A stretch of 64,000 bases of DNA from Candidatus Latescibacterota bacterium (lineage in GTDB: Bacteria; Latescibacterota; UBA2968; GCA-2709665): positions 2,464,001 to 2,528,000 of the forward strand of contig OZ220733.1 in NCBI GenBank assembly GCA_965116875.1, given 5' to 3'. Positions 21,427 through 30,337 of this stretch are shown here, one piece after another. The translations under genes were made by a program, and so were the position numbers. Every line of letters starts with the position of its first letter. Positions within the stretch are counted from its first letter, which is position 1. The notes beneath the pieces were generated by a model that worked only from the letters and a program-made list of their open reading frames with translations, did not search any database and was not told the DNA's origin.

Positions 21427-22470
21427 TCAAACGTGAAAAATGTACAGGTCCCGGTCGACTTCGGACGGCGCCACCCGGGCCCCGTTCCTGCGATGGCTCT
21501 CGGCCACTGCGAAACAGGCCTCCGTGACGTGGTGCGTGACCTCCACGTTGCCCAGCGACGGCTCGCCCGATTCGTGGGCGGCCACCAGGTCCTCCAGACA
21601 TGCCACCACGGCGCTCCGGGGTTCCACCTCCGGAAACCCGGCCGCTTCCACGAACCTGTGTCGTCCCCTCTGTGCGCCCATCTTGCGCAGTTCCCATCCG
21701 GCGCCGTTGTTCCGCGATCGGATCGCCCCATCGCTGCCCACCACCTCGAATTCCCAGTGACCCGCGGGAATTGTCCACGCTTCGACTCCGTCTTCGAATT
21801 CCAGATGATACCTCGAAACCGGATCGTCATCCAGGCGGTTGTTCTCCATTGACAGGTCCTCCGGAAGAAGCTCCCCCCGTACCCGCTCAATCTTCGGATC
21901 GCCCAGCAGATATGAGAGCGTGTCCATCGAATGAACGTGTCCGTGAAGGAGATTCGAGCGGGCAAAATGCACTGCCACACTGGCCTTGCCGATTTCGCCC
22001 TGTGCGATCAGGGCCCTCGCCGCGTGGTAACGGTTGTCGAACCGCCGAAGCACGCCGGTATTGAATACGGTCCCGTGTTTCCGGCACGCATCCCGGACCG
22101 CGTCGGCTTCCGCCATCGAACACGCCATTGCCTTTTCCAGGTAGAGCATCGGAACGCCCGACTGTGCGACGGCCACCCCCATCTCGGCGTGCAGGACCCC
22201 CTTCGTGCACACCGCGACCATATCGGGCCGTTCCACTTCAATCATCTCGAGGTAATCCTCGTATAGCGCCGCCACCCCCCATTTCTCGCCGAATGCGCGA
22301 CGTTTCTCCGCCACGAGGTCCGATCCGGCAGCGAGTTCCAGGCGTTCACTCGCCACGCACGATGCGGCCACCGAATACGGCAAGGCGATGGATGGATAGC
22401 CCACCACTTCCTCGTCGATCGTACTTCCCATGCGACCCAGGCCCACAATGGCGACCCGATACGTCTTCAT
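21427..22470 (-). CDS. Gfo/Idh/MocA family oxidoreductase
   Basis: MKTYRVAIVGLGRMG, YLEKAMACS, HGHVHSMD. Start ATG 22470 after AAGGAG. Confidence 0.9.
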   Translation of the reverse strand: MKTYRVAIVGLGRMGSTIDEEVVGYPSIALPYSVAASCVASERLELAAGSDLVAEKRRAFGEKWGVAALYEDYLEMIEVERPDMVAVCTKGVLHAEMGVAVAQSGVPMLYLEKAMACSMAEADAVRDACRKHGTVFNTGVLRRFDNRYHAARALIAQGEIGKASVAVHFARSNLLHGHVHSMDTLSYLLGDPKIERVRGELLPEDLSMENNRLDDDPVSRYHLEFEDGVEAWTIPAGHWEFEVVGSDGAIRSRNNGAGWELRKMGAQRGRHRFVEAAGFPEVEPRSAVVACLEDLVAAHESGEPSLGNVEVTHHVTEACFAVAESHRRNGARVAPSEVDRDLYIFHV

Positions 22471-22598
22471 AGATCTGCTCCTTTTGGAAGCTGTCTCTAA
22501 ATTCCCAGCGGTCTTCGCGTGGCTGCATGCCGTCAACAATCAGCGAGCCACAACGCCGGCTTTCGCCATTCAGTTTTTCAGTGCAGGCAGAAAGATGC

Positions 22599-22627
22599 AT
22601 TTTAACACCCGAAATCGGAAGCGTCAA
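22599..22627 (-). promoter_or_regulatory. Sigma70-like promoter TTGACG-N17-TAAAAT with extended -10 TG
   Basis: The minus strand reads TTGACG cttccgatttcgggtgt TAAAAT, about 130 nt upstream of the Gfo/Idh/MocA gene. Confidence 0.6.
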
Positions 22628-22764
22628 GGTCAAAAACGCACATTCGGAGACCCCGCTTGCGCCGGCGCCGCCAATTCCTTATTTTCCGGAATAACGCAGA
22701 TGCCTCAAAGCGAGACAGACGGGCGATCGGACAGGGGCGGATTAATCCGGATCGGACACTCACC

Positions 22765-23301
22765 ATGCAGGAAGGCCACGTTGTTGATTCTCTCCTGATT
22801 GACGGGACTGAGACGCGCTTTCGGTATCCTCGCTGGAGCGACCTCGACGCCTTCATCGACATGCACCGGACGCTTACGCACGAAAAAGTCATGTGCAGAC
22901 GACTTGAACTCGACGCCGCTTCAGGGGGCCGGAAACTCTCACATGCACTTGTCGGGATTCAGCAGAATCGATCCAGTTATCTCCTCGTCGAACAGGGTGG
23001 CGTTCTCGTGGGCGAAGGATTCACCCTCCGAAGCGGGCACGAATACCAGACCATCGGACTGGCCCTGGTAGCTCGAGCGCGGGGCCGGGGAGTTGGCACC
23101 CGCCTGATGCATGTCCTGGAAGAAGAGGCCCGGAGGCTGGGCGCGCGCAGGCTGTATCTCACCGTCTGGTCCGCCAATGTTTCCGCGGTCCACGTCTACC
23201 GGAAAGTCGGCTACGTTGAATGCGGATGTCGCCCGGACTGGGTATTGATGGACTCCGGCGAGACCTGCGATCTTATCGATATGGTGAAGATCCTGGAATA
23301 G
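22765..23301 (+). CDS. GNAT family N-acetyltransferase
   Basis: ARGRGVGTRLM acetyl-CoA motif, N-x-x-A-x-x-x-Y-x-K-x-G-Y. Confidence 0.85.
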   Translation: MQEGHVVDSLLIDGTETRFRYPRWSDLDAFIDMHRTLTHEKVMCRRLELDAASGGRKLSHALVGIQQNRSSYLLVEQGGVLVGEGFTLRSGHEYQTIGLALVARARGRGVGTRLMHVLEEEARRLGARRLYLTVWSANVSAVHVYRKVGYVECGCRPDWVLMDSGETCDLIDMVKILE

Positions 23302-23540
23302 AAGCTGTCAGCGATCCGCCGTCAGCCAAAACAAAAGCAAAGGCAAAAACCCCTTTTCCCTTATTCCCTGCCTACGGCGTGTTCCCTGAAACCGGGAAGA
23401 GGAGGGTAGACCGTGGACGGGAGAAGAAGCCCTTTACGGCATGCGATCTCTCCCCTCTCCCGTCTCACCGATTCAAGGTAAGTTCCGGTTTCTGAATCGA
23501 GAGGCCATTGAAATGCTCCCCCAAATGACCCGTTCAATCC

Positions 23541-24341
23541 ATGTCCAATAAAAACGAAAAACAACCCATCAACTGGTCCGCGCTGACGTCCTTCAGCTTC
23601 GCGGGCGTACAGGTCGCCGTGATCGCCGGTGTGGCCGTGGCGGTGGTGGCGGCTTCCGAACTCGTGGTCCGCGCGTGGGACATCCCGTCCTACGTTTTCC
23701 CGCTTCCGAGTGAGATCGCATCCGCGCTCTACAGGTCTTTCCCGCTCATCTGGCCCCACTTGCTGGTTACGCTCCAGGAATTGGGTCTGGGATATGCGAT
23801 CGGGGCCGTCGCGGGCATTCTCCTGGCCGCGCTGATCACGCAGTTCCCGTTTGCGGAAAAGATCGTCACGCCGTATATCCTGATTCTGGTTACCACGCCG
23901 ATGCTCGCTCTCGTGCCGCTGCTGATCCTCAAGTTCGGATTCGGCCAGACGCCCCGGGTCATCGCGGTCGCTCTCGCGGTGGGTCCAATGGTCATGATCA
24001 ACGCCGCCACCGGCTTCCGCAGGACCGACCTGGCGAAGATCGCCCTGGCCCGCTCATACGGCGCCTCGACGCTTCAGATCTTCTACAAGGTCCGGTTCCC
24101 ACTCGCGCTGCCGATGATCATCGTGGGATTGATGGTCGGCGGCATTTTCGGCCTCTTGACCGCGATCGGCGCGGAGATGGTGGGAGGCGGTTCCGGCCTG
24201 GGCAATCGCCTTGTCTATTATTCGTCGCTCGCGCGCATGTCCAATTTTTTCGCCGTGATCATCCTCATTGCGGCTATTGGCATCGGTCTGTACGTCGCCT
24301 TTTACCTGATCGGCAAGAAATGGGCGAACTGGGAGAATTAG
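23541..24341 (+). CDS. ABC transporter permease, NitT/TauT type
   Basis: EAA-loop equivalent LARSYGASTLQIFYKVRFPLALP, AIGAEMVGG. Confidence 0.9.
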   Translation: MSNKNEKQPINWSALTSFSFAGVQVAVIAGVAVAVVAASELVVRAWDIPSYVFPLPSEIASALYRSFPLIWPHLLVTLQELGLGYAIGAVAGILLAALITQFPFAEKIVTPYILILVTTPMLALVPLLILKFGFGQTPRVIAVALAVGPMVMINAATGFRRTDLAKIALARSYGASTLQIFYKVRFPLALPMIIVGLMVGGIFGLLTAIGAEMVGGGSGLGNRLVYYSSLARMSNFFAVIILIAAIGIGLYVAFYLIGKKWANWEN

Positions 24342-24407
24342 CGAAAGCCGGGGAGAGAGGTCCGGGCGCGTTGTCAATCCGTCAAGATTCAACCAGGAGG
24401 ATATGAA

Positions 24408-25520
24408 ATGAAAACAGACACCCTTACCCGCCGCGAATTCCTGGGGTATTCATCGGCCATGGGCGTCATGCTCTGCATTCCCGCCAACCCGCTCAGCGCG
24501 GGCGAAGCCGACAAGATCGTCTGGGTCTCTCCTCGGGGAAACCTGGAGGTGATGGACGACTTCAACCTCTGGGTCGCCCACGAAATGGGCTACTTCAAGG
24601 AACTGAACCTGGACGTGGTGCTGCAACCCGGTCCCACCGAGGCGCTGGCGGTGACCAAACTGGTGGGCCAGAAACAGGCTGATATGGGGTTTCCGTCTCC
24701 CGGCGTTCTGCTGTCCAGTATCGACGCGGGGATCCCGGTTGTCCTCGTGTGGGAAATGGTGATGAAGCAGGTCTTTGACTTCGCGTTACCGGAAGACAGT
24801 CCGATCACGAAGGTCCAGGACCTGGCAGGGAAGAAGATCGCCGTCGCCTCGGAAGGATGGCGCGTGATCATCGATCCCATTCTCGTGGAGGCGGGGGTGG
24901 ATCCCGGTTCCGTCACGTACCTGAACGGCGGCCCTCAGTGGGGACAGATGGTCGCGCTTGGACGCGCGGACGCGGGGCTCGCCTGGAGAGGGCTGGCCGC
25001 CCAGTGGAAGGCGCTGGGAATGAAGCTCAAGTTTCTTGTGGGTATGGAGTTCTCAAAACATCCTTCCAACGGTTATGCCATCCACCGCGACGACCTGAAG
25101 GATGAAACCCGCGTGGACATCTGGACGCGGTTCTTCAAGGCCAATTGCATGGCCTACGAATTCTCGCGGGCCAACCCGCGCGCGGCCGGCCAGATCACCT
25201 ACGGCCGGTTTCCGGCCCTGCAGGAGCAGATGGCGCCGCAGCTTGCGCTGGATTCCATGCTCGAACTGGGCACCATCTACTTTGACGGCGACCGCATCGG
25301 CAAAGGGTACGGATACAGCGACCTGGAATCCTGGCAGGCCTACATCGACACCGTTCACAAACTCGGGCAGATCCGGAACCACTACAAGGCCGAAGACGTC
25401 GTCAGCAACGTTTTCGTCAAGGATGCGAACGACGTCGACAAGGACCGCGCCCGCGCGGAAGGGAAGACCTTCGAACTGAACGATGACTTCAAGGATCTGA
25501 AAATCAATTATCCGGTGTAA
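24408..25520 (+). CDS. ABC transporter substrate-binding protein, NMT1/THI5/SsuA-like, Tat-exported
   Basis: TRREFLG twin-arginine signal, GYFKELNLDV, ITKVQDLAGKKIAV. Confidence 0.85.
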   Translation: MKTDTLTRREFLGYSSAMGVMLCIPANPLSAGEADKIVWVSPRGNLEVMDDFNLWVAHEMGYFKELNLDVVLQPGPTEALAVTKLVGQKQADMGFPSPGVLLSSIDAGIPVVLVWEMVMKQVFDFALPEDSPITKVQDLAGKKIAVASEGWRVIIDPILVEAGVDPGSVTYLNGGPQWGQMVALGRADAGLAWRGLAAQWKALGMKLKFLVGMEFSKHPSNGYAIHRDDLKDETRVDIWTRFFKANCMAYEFSRANPRAAGQITYGRFPALQEQMAPQLALDSMLELGTIYFDGDRIGKGYGYSDLESWQAYIDTVHKLGQIRNHYKAEDVVSNVFVKDANDVDKDRARAEGKTFELNDDFKDLKINYPV

Positions 25521-25544
25521 AAAAGGAAGCAGGAGACACTTGTC

Positions 25545-26726
25545 ATGACCGACGAAGGCAACACGACGTACCCGGGCATCAGGATCACGGGCGTGGACAC
25601 CTTCCTTGTGGAAGGCAACTGCTGTTTTGTGAAGATCAGAACAAACGAGGGGATCACGGGACTGGGCGAGGGGTCGATCAGCGACAACAAGGTGGGCACC
25701 ATCGCCCAGTGCATCAAGGATTTAGAGGGTCACCTCATCGGAAAGAATCCCACGGACATCGAGCTGCTCTGGCAGGGGCTGTTTCGCTGGAACCGCTGGC
25801 ACGTGGGCGTACTCTTCACCACCGCTCTGAGCGCCATCGACATCGCCCTGTGGGACATCCTCGGAAAGATCGCCGGCCTGCCGATTTACAAGCTCCTCGG
25901 GGGCGCCGCGCGGGACAAGGTGCGCATCTACGCCGGTGGCGGGGGGAGAGCAGGCGTGCAGCGCGCACGGGCCATGGGATGCAATGCCGTCAAGACGGGG
26001 CCGCCGGTGACAAAAGCCGGTGACCCCCTCACCGTACCCATGCCCTGGGACCTGAAGCGCGCGGTTGCACAGATCGAGGAAATGCGGATCGAAGGGGGCG
26101 ATGACTTCGATATACTCATCGACGCCCACGGCCGGCTGACGCCCACCATGGCCCTGGAGTACTGCAAGGCCGTGGAACCCTACCGCCCCTTCTGGGTGGA
26201 GGAGCCGATCCAGGTGGAAGGATCGAACGACGCCCTCGAGTGGTTGAGCGACCGGACGACGGTGCCCCTGTGCATGGGCGAGCGGAACTTCACCAAATGG
26301 GGATTTCAGGATATCATCGCCAAACGCCTGGTGAGCTACCTCAATCCGGATATCGTCCACTGCGGCGGCATCTCGGAGTTCAAGAAGATCGCGGCCATGG
26401 CGGAGGCGCAGTACATCCAGGTCTCACCCCACATCACCTACAGCAGGGTGGGTGTGGCCGCCGAGATCCACATGGGCCTGAACTGCCCGAACAGCGTGAT
26501 CCAGGAAATGGCGTCGTATGCGGACGATTCATCCAGAGAAAAGACCGGCTGGCGGGACGACCTGTTCCACGGGCACCGGTTCCAGGTCGAGGACGGTTTC
26601 GTAACGTTGCCGGATACCCCGGGTCTCGGACTCGAACTGAACGAGGAGGTCGCCCTGGCGCATCCCTATAAGCCGATTCTTCGGGAGGAACTCAGGTACG
26701 AGGACGGATCCGTGGAGGATAACTGA
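25545..26726 (+). CDS. Mandelate racemase/muconate lactonizing enzyme family (galactonate dehydratase-like)
   Basis: SAIDIALWDILGK, IDAHGR, WVEEP, GER, PDIVHCGGISE, PGLGLELNE. Confidence 0.9.
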   Translation: MTDEGNTTYPGIRITGVDTFLVEGNCCFVKIRTNEGITGLGEGSISDNKVGTIAQCIKDLEGHLIGKNPTDIELLWQGLFRWNRWHVGVLFTTALSAIDIALWDILGKIAGLPIYKLLGGAARDKVRIYAGGGGRAGVQRARAMGCNAVKTGPPVTKAGDPLTVPMPWDLKRAVAQIEEMRIEGGDDFDILIDAHGRLTPTMALEYCKAVEPYRPFWVEEPIQVEGSNDALEWLSDRTTVPLCMGERNFTKWGFQDIIAKRLVSYLNPDIVHCGGISEFKKIAAMAEAQYIQVSPHITYSRVGVAAEIHMGLNCPNSVIQEMASYADDSSREKTGWRDDLFHGHRFQVEDGFVTLPDTPGLGLELNEEVALAHPYKPILREELRYEDGSVEDN

Positions 26727-26770
26727 AGAACGGGACATCGAAGGACTCCCTGGCCGGCGTATATAGCCTG

Positions 26771-28897
26771 TCATGTATTCATCACGACCGCCGCATAGCT
26801 TTCCGGGCCGCAAACCCCCGCGCTGTTGCGCGCCTTGAGCCGAAGTTGATTCAGGCCTTCGCGCAGGCGCCATTCCAGCGAGGGGGTTTTCTGTTCCCTC
26901 CATTCGGCTCCGTCGATCTTCACCAGAAAGGCGTCAAAGCAAGGCGTCTCGGTGTCCGCATCCACGTGCAGGACGTCCGGTTCGGCGGTTTCGCTCAGGA
27001 AGAGTTCCGTCTGGTTGAGCGGGGGGCTGAAATCCTGCCAGCGCCTGGTGTGTTGATGGTATTCCCGTTTGCGGGGGAACACGTCGCTGTAGAAACAGTA
27101 GAAGAGATCGCTTCCCCAGTTGCTGGAAATCCGCCACGGCAGCGGCCAGGGCCGGCTGGCAAAATCGTTGCGCCGAACCATTTGCAGGTGTCCCTTGAGC
27201 ATCAGGTGCTCCGGGCCTCCGCTCAGGTCGTCAATTGAAAATGCATTGTCGCCCTGGCGATAGGCAACGCGGGCGGCGCGGAGCATTTCGAGGTCCGGCA
27301 GGCGCCACTGGATGGGATACTCCCACGTCGCCGGTCCCGGCATGATTTCGGCCAGGCGCTCGCTGATTTCCACCAGACCCAGGGGAATCCCCGTGTCGGG
27401 ATCGTAGATGTAGTAATCGCGCGTGGCATCCAGGAATATCCACTTGTCGAACTCGTTGGACCACACTTCCGCCACTTCGTGGCCGTAGGTGTGCTTCGTG
27501 GAGATATTGACCCACCGGGCCGGAAAGCCCAGGGACAGACAGGCGGCGATCAGGGTCAGGTTGCAGTAGAGGCAGTGGCCGTCGCGCCGGCGTTGCCGGT
27601 ATTCGTCCAAAAGGCGGGGACGTCCGCTTGCATCCCTCTCGAGTCGAGGCAGATCAAGGTAATTCCATTGGTACGCATCCAGGCGATCGAGCGGCACTAA
27701 ATAGGCCCAGCGCATGAGTTTCAGTTGCGCTTCGAACTCAGTGGCCGCGTCCGAAACGATCGCGTCCAGTTCAAATCGCTGGCGCAGTTCGTTCAAGCGG
27801 GCGAAATCCTCGTGGACGTAGGGCAGAGATGGGCGGATGACGCGACCGTTACGGAACTCCAGAAGGCGGCATCGTCTGTCGAAGCGGTGCTTGTGCTCGC
27901 GGTACCTCGTTTCCACGGAAATGCCTTTGAACACCGGCGTCACCAGCGGACTGTGGGCGCGCATGACAATCCTGAATTGCATGTAGCGCCCGGCGGGAGC
28001 GCGCCAGGTCCTTGAGAGATTCCCTACAGGCTCGAACGGTGGCCATGCGGCGGCTGAAGGTACTGGATTGTCGCCCAGGCGCGCCTCTACACTCACCTGG
28101 CTTCCCTGGGGCACATCCGCCTCCCATGTTACCCGGCATTCTTTCAGGTCGAGCAATTTCCCGATCCCCTTTGCGTCGTCTCCGGTAGCCAGGTCGATCA
28201 CCGGCGAGACAAAGGCGCCCTGCGGTACGCTGCGATCCAGGCTCAGGCGGATGGCGTATTCGCCGTCGATTTCATCTTTCCAGCCCAGGCGCTCAAAATC
28301 CCAGGTGCGGCCTCCGTCCCGGCTCTTTGCGCTGCGGTTTGGGTGGCAAAGTCGCGTTTCAGATCCACGCCTGTATTCTCCATCGGCAGCCACCATGATT
28401 TCCCAACTGGTCTCCTCCGATTCGGTCCAGAGGACGAACTCATTGGTACCCTGCCGCAGGGCGCCCACCGGAACGGCCACGACGAACCAGTTGTCGAAAT
28501 GCGAGCCTCCCCAGTCGCTGGTGTAGTAGTGGCGGGCGGCGGGGTGGGCTATCTTGCTCGGAGGCCGGATCAGTTGGTGACCGTTGACACAGATGTGCAG
28601 CGCATGGTCATTGTCGTCCATTTCCCGTCCATTGAAGACCAGATAGGCAGCCGTGGCGCGAGGGTCGTCCAGGACCAGATCCTTGCGGACCATCACGCCT
28701 TCCTGCAATTTCTCGAACCACGACCGCTCCTCAGCGCCCTGGGGTTGGCCGATGCCAGGCGCATCGTCTTCGATCAGGAGCATATCATTGAGGACGATGG
28801 TCTTTGTCAGTTCGCAGTATTGGACCTGATCGAACTGACCCCGCGCTTCCAGCGCGGCGGCATTGAGCGAAAAACAGAAATCGCTCTCCGTCGACAT
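26771..28897 (-). CDS. Transglutaminase-like (Cys-His-Asp) domain protein with large N-terminal beta-sandwich region
   Basis: GHCLYCNLTLIAACLSLGFPARWV, GHEVAEVWSNEFDKWIFLDAT. Start ATG 28897 after GAGGAGG. Confidence 0.75.
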   Translation of the reverse strand: MSTESDFCFSLNAAALEARGQFDQVQYCELTKTIVLNDMLLIEDDAPGIGQPQGAEERSWFEKLQEGVMVRKDLVLDDPRATAAYLVFNGREMDDNDHALHICVNGHQLIRPPSKIAHPAARHYYTSDWGGSHFDNWFVVAVPVGALRQGTNEFVLWTESEETSWEIMVAADGEYRRGSETRLCHPNRSAKSRDGGRTWDFERLGWKDEIDGEYAIRLSLDRSVPQGAFVSPVIDLATGDDAKGIGKLLDLKECRVTWEADVPQGSQVSVEARLGDNPVPSAAAWPPFEPVGNLSRTWRAPAGRYMQFRIVMRAHSPLVTPVFKGISVETRYREHKHRFDRRCRLLEFRNGRVIRPSLPYVHEDFARLNELRQRFELDAIVSDAATEFEAQLKLMRWAYLVPLDRLDAYQWNYLDLPRLERDASGRPRLLDEYRQRRRDGHCLYCNLTLIAACLSLGFPARWVNISTKHTYGHEVAEVWSNEFDKWIFLDATRDYYIYDPDTGIPLGLVEISERLAEIMPGPATWEYPIQWRLPDLEMLRAARVAYRQGDNAFSIDDLSGGPEHLMLKGHLQMVRRNDFASRPWPLPWRISSNWGSDLFYCFYSDVFPRKREYHQHTRRWQDFSPPLNQTELFLSETAEPDVLHVDADTETPCFDAFLVKIDGAEWREQKTPSLEWRLREGLNQLRLKARNSAGVCGPESYAAVVMNT

Positions 28898-28981
28898 ATT
28901 TGAAACCTCCTCTGACAAGTGTCCTGTCCCAGAACTACCTCACCATTCGACCGGCGATTCATCCCGTCTCGCTGAAACGTG

Positions 28982-29112
28982 GTCATTGAGCTTGTCGAAA
29001 TGCCCGCGTTTCAATATCAGCCGATGGCCTATCGATATCCCTTCGCCGACCCTTCGACAAGCTCAGGGAGCGGCTCAGAGCTCACCCGCTGACTCCTGAG
29101 CCTGTCGAAGGA
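28982..29112. repeat. Cluster of three REP-like units (TGAGCTTGTCGAA / CCCTTCGACAAGCTCAGG) in alternating orientation
   Basis: GTCATTGAGCTTGTCGAAATG (28982-29002), CCCTTCGACAAGCTCAGGGA (29050-29069), TCCTGAGCCTGTCGAAGGA (29094-29112). Confidence 0.8.
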
Positions 29113-29178
29113 TGCGAAACGGGCGACTCGACGGCCGAATCCTGGCAACTTACTTCCGGGACAGATCACCGATCCCGG

Positions 29179-30234
29179 TCATCTCCACGACGCGCGCAGC
29201 AGGCGGATCCAGTTTCCGTGCATGACGTCGGCGACGTCTGCCTGCGAGTAACCGCGCTTTTCGAGGATGGCCGGAATCTTCCGAAGGTCGGCGATGGTGT
29301 CGAGATCGGAGGGGCACTGCTCCTTGCCGAAGCCGCCGTCCAGGTCGGTGCCGATGGCGGCATGGCGCGAGTTCCCGGTCAGCTGGCAGACGTGGTCGAC
29401 GTGGTCCACCACGGTCTCCAGCGTGATGCCCGTGTTGTCCATAGCGGCCCGGTCCCACAATGGGGAGACCATCCAGACGTCCAAGGCGGCGCCAATAACG
29501 CCGCCGCGTTGCGCCAGCGTCTTAATCTGTCGATCATCGAGCTGGCGGTCGTGGTCGCACAGGGCTCTGCAGCAGTTGTGCGTGGCAATCACGGGACCGG
29601 TGAAGATCTCCAGTGCCTCCCAGAATGCCTGCTCGGCCAGGTGGCTCACATCGAAGATGATTCCGGCCGCGTCCAGGGCTTCCAGCATCGGGCGTCCTCT
29701 GGCAGTCAGGCCGCCGGGAGCCTGGGTCCCGTGTGAGTATGCGCTGATCCCGTAGTGACACAGGCTCACGATCCGCAGGCCTTGATCCCACCACTCCGGT
29801 ACCTGTTCCGGCGCCACAATACCGTCCGCCCCTTCCATGCTGAGGACAAACCCCAGCGGGGTCGTCTGCGGATCCTCATCCCACTCGGCCAGATGGGCGT
29901 CGAGTTCGGTCCGGTCGCGTATCTGGCGCAGGACGCCCCTGGCCTCCATCAGGCGGTAGTAGGCCAACTCGCCCCTGCACCTGGCGTAGGCGATGTCCTG
30001 GGTGCGCACGCCGGAAAAGCGATTGCCCATCGAAGCGAGCCGGGAGTGCACCGTGACGAAGAAGAGTCCGATTCCGCCGCGCCGCAGTTCGGCGAAATTC
30101 ACCACGTTCATGCCGCGGCCCTTCTGCATCATTCCTGCCTCGGCCTCGCGAATTTCGGCGATGGGCTGGAGCAGGTCCCTGTCCCATTCGAGCGCGTTGT
30201 GGGCGATGTCCAGGTGAGAATCGACGATCAGCAT
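29179..30234 (-). CDS. Membrane dipeptidase (peptidase M19)
   Basis: IVDSHLD, SMEGAD, FDVSHLAE, ATHNCCRAL, IGTDLDGGFG. Confidence 0.92.
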   Translation of the reverse strand: MLIVDSHLDIAHNALEWDRDLLQPIAEIREAEAGMMQKGRGMNVVNFAELRRGGIGLFFVTVHSRLASMGNRFSGVRTQDIAYARCRGELAYYRLMEARGVLRQIRDRTELDAHLAEWDEDPQTTPLGFVLSMEGADGIVAPEQVPEWWDQGLRIVSLCHYGISAYSHGTQAPGGLTARGRPMLEALDAAGIIFDVSHLAEQAFWEALEIFTGPVIATHNCCRALCDHDRQLDDRQIKTLAQRGGVIGAALDVWMVSPLWDRAAMDNTGITLETVVDHVDHVCQLTGNSRHAAIGTDLDGGFGKEQCPSDLDTIADLRKIPAILEKRGYSQADVADVMHGNWIRLLRASWR

Positions 30235-30337
30235 GGAGATTCTCCTATCGGAAATGTCATTGGGCAATCCGCCCTCGCTCCAGGGAACGCAAACCGTACC
30301 GGTCCCAGGACGGTTTCTTTTTCTGTATTCAGATGAA

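Noticed and set aside
28982-29112. Short repeats as a mini CRISPR array
   Set aside because: Units alternate in orientation, spacing is irregular, and there are no cas genes in the window.
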